A stretch of DNA of 34,814 nucleotides from Blastocatellia bacterium (GTDB taxonomy: Bacteria; Acidobacteriota; Blastocatellia; UBA7656; JADIYM01), in NCBI GenBank assembly GCA_044224215.1, contig JBGAKX010000038.1, positions 1-34,814 of the forward strand. Reading direction: 5' to 3'. Both the position numbers and the translations under genes were made by a program. How positions within the stretch are numbered: position 1 is the first letter of the stretch; each line of letters begins with the position of its first letter. The notes under the pieces were generated by a model. The model was not told where the DNA came from and did no database searches. It saw nothing but the letters and a program-made list of their open reading frames with translations. Positions 34,360-34,814 of the stretch are shown one piece after another.

Positions 34360-34814
34360 CTATCCGCCGTCCCCATTGAATCGCTGCATCGCCGCGTCGG
34401 CGCCCTCCGTGAGGATCGTCTCGACGGCATCCGCCGCGGTCCACAACATTCTGTCAACCTGCTCTCGCGCCGCGCGCGGGAACGGTTGCAGTACGAAACG
34501 CGCCATGTCCTCGATGGGATGGTCGGGGGCGATCCCCAACCGGACGCGAGAAAAATCCTGCGAGCCGAGTCGACCGATGATCGACTTCAACCCGTTGTGC
34601 CCGCCGCTGGTACCGGTCTTTCGAATACGAATCCGCCCGAACGGCAGTGCGACATCGTCGACGGCCACGACGAGATCGCTCGCCGGGTCCGCGTCGTAGC
34701 GCTTGACGAGCGCCTTGACCGAGTCGCCGCTCAAGTTCATGAACGTCTGCGGCTTGGCAAAGGTCACTTCGACGCCTCCGACCCGGCCGCGTCCGACGAG
34801 CGCCTGGTCTTCGA
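34360..34814 (-). CDS. pth: peptidyl-tRNA hydrolase (N-terminus truncated by window edge)
   Basis: KPQTFMNLSG, GGHNGLKS and IGRLG motifs of Pth; the reading frame continues open to the window end, so the annotated Met at 34767 is internal. Confidence 0.85.
   Translation of the reverse strand, partial: EDQALVGRGRVGGVEVTFAKPQTFMNLSGDSVKALVKRYDADPASDLVVAVDDVALPFGRIRIRKTGTSGGHNGLKSIIGRLGSQDFSRVRLGIAPDHPIEDMARFVLQPFPRAAREQVDRMLWTAADAVETILTEGADAAMQRFNGDGG

Overview
High-GC (~68%) bacterial chromosomal segment with a dense mix of housekeeping and accessory genes on both strands. No rRNA, tRNA, IS element, integrase or CRISPR-Cas was found. Order of content, start to end. (1) Two tandem, translationally coupled phosphofructokinase paralogs with PPi-type diagnostic residues. 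(2) A minus-strand cytoskeletal operon: proline-rich/HhH protein, pentapeptide-repeat protein with a bactofilin-like C-terminal beta-helix, and a bactofilin. (3) An orphan rmlD. (4) A structured leader with an intrinsic terminator, followed by a small hypothetical gene and a flotillin-like SPFH protein whose N-terminal SPFH segment is tandemly repeated 4-5 times. (5) A DUF4388/TPR/zinc-ribbon protein. (6) A minus-strand type IV pilus module: pilD, a sensor histidine kinase, FimT/GspH-like, PilV-like and PilW-like genes, and a 959-aa PilX-domain protein, ending in a canonical terminator. (7) DUF4870 and DUF47 genes. (8) A small diheme c-type cytochrome overlapping the alanine dehydrogenase start by ATGA. 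(9) A PDZ/radical-SAM/DUF512 gene. (10) A polytopic membrane protein with a zinc ribbon, followed by DUF4129. (11) kdsD/kpsF. (12) A ~440-bp BIME/MIRU-like array of ~58-60-bp hairpin-containing tandem repeats in a convergent intergenic region. (13) A MobB-like P-loop gene divergent from a DUF805-SRPBCC fusion, plus an excisionase-family HTH gene. (14) A secreted CarboxypepD_reg-domain protein and a hypothetical. (15) Conserved dnaB, rplI, rpsR, rpsF and a partial pth. Most long opposite-strand ORFs in the six-frame track are high-GC frame artefacts. Coordinates were derived from the ORF track and may be off by 1-2 nt where the start was refined by hand.
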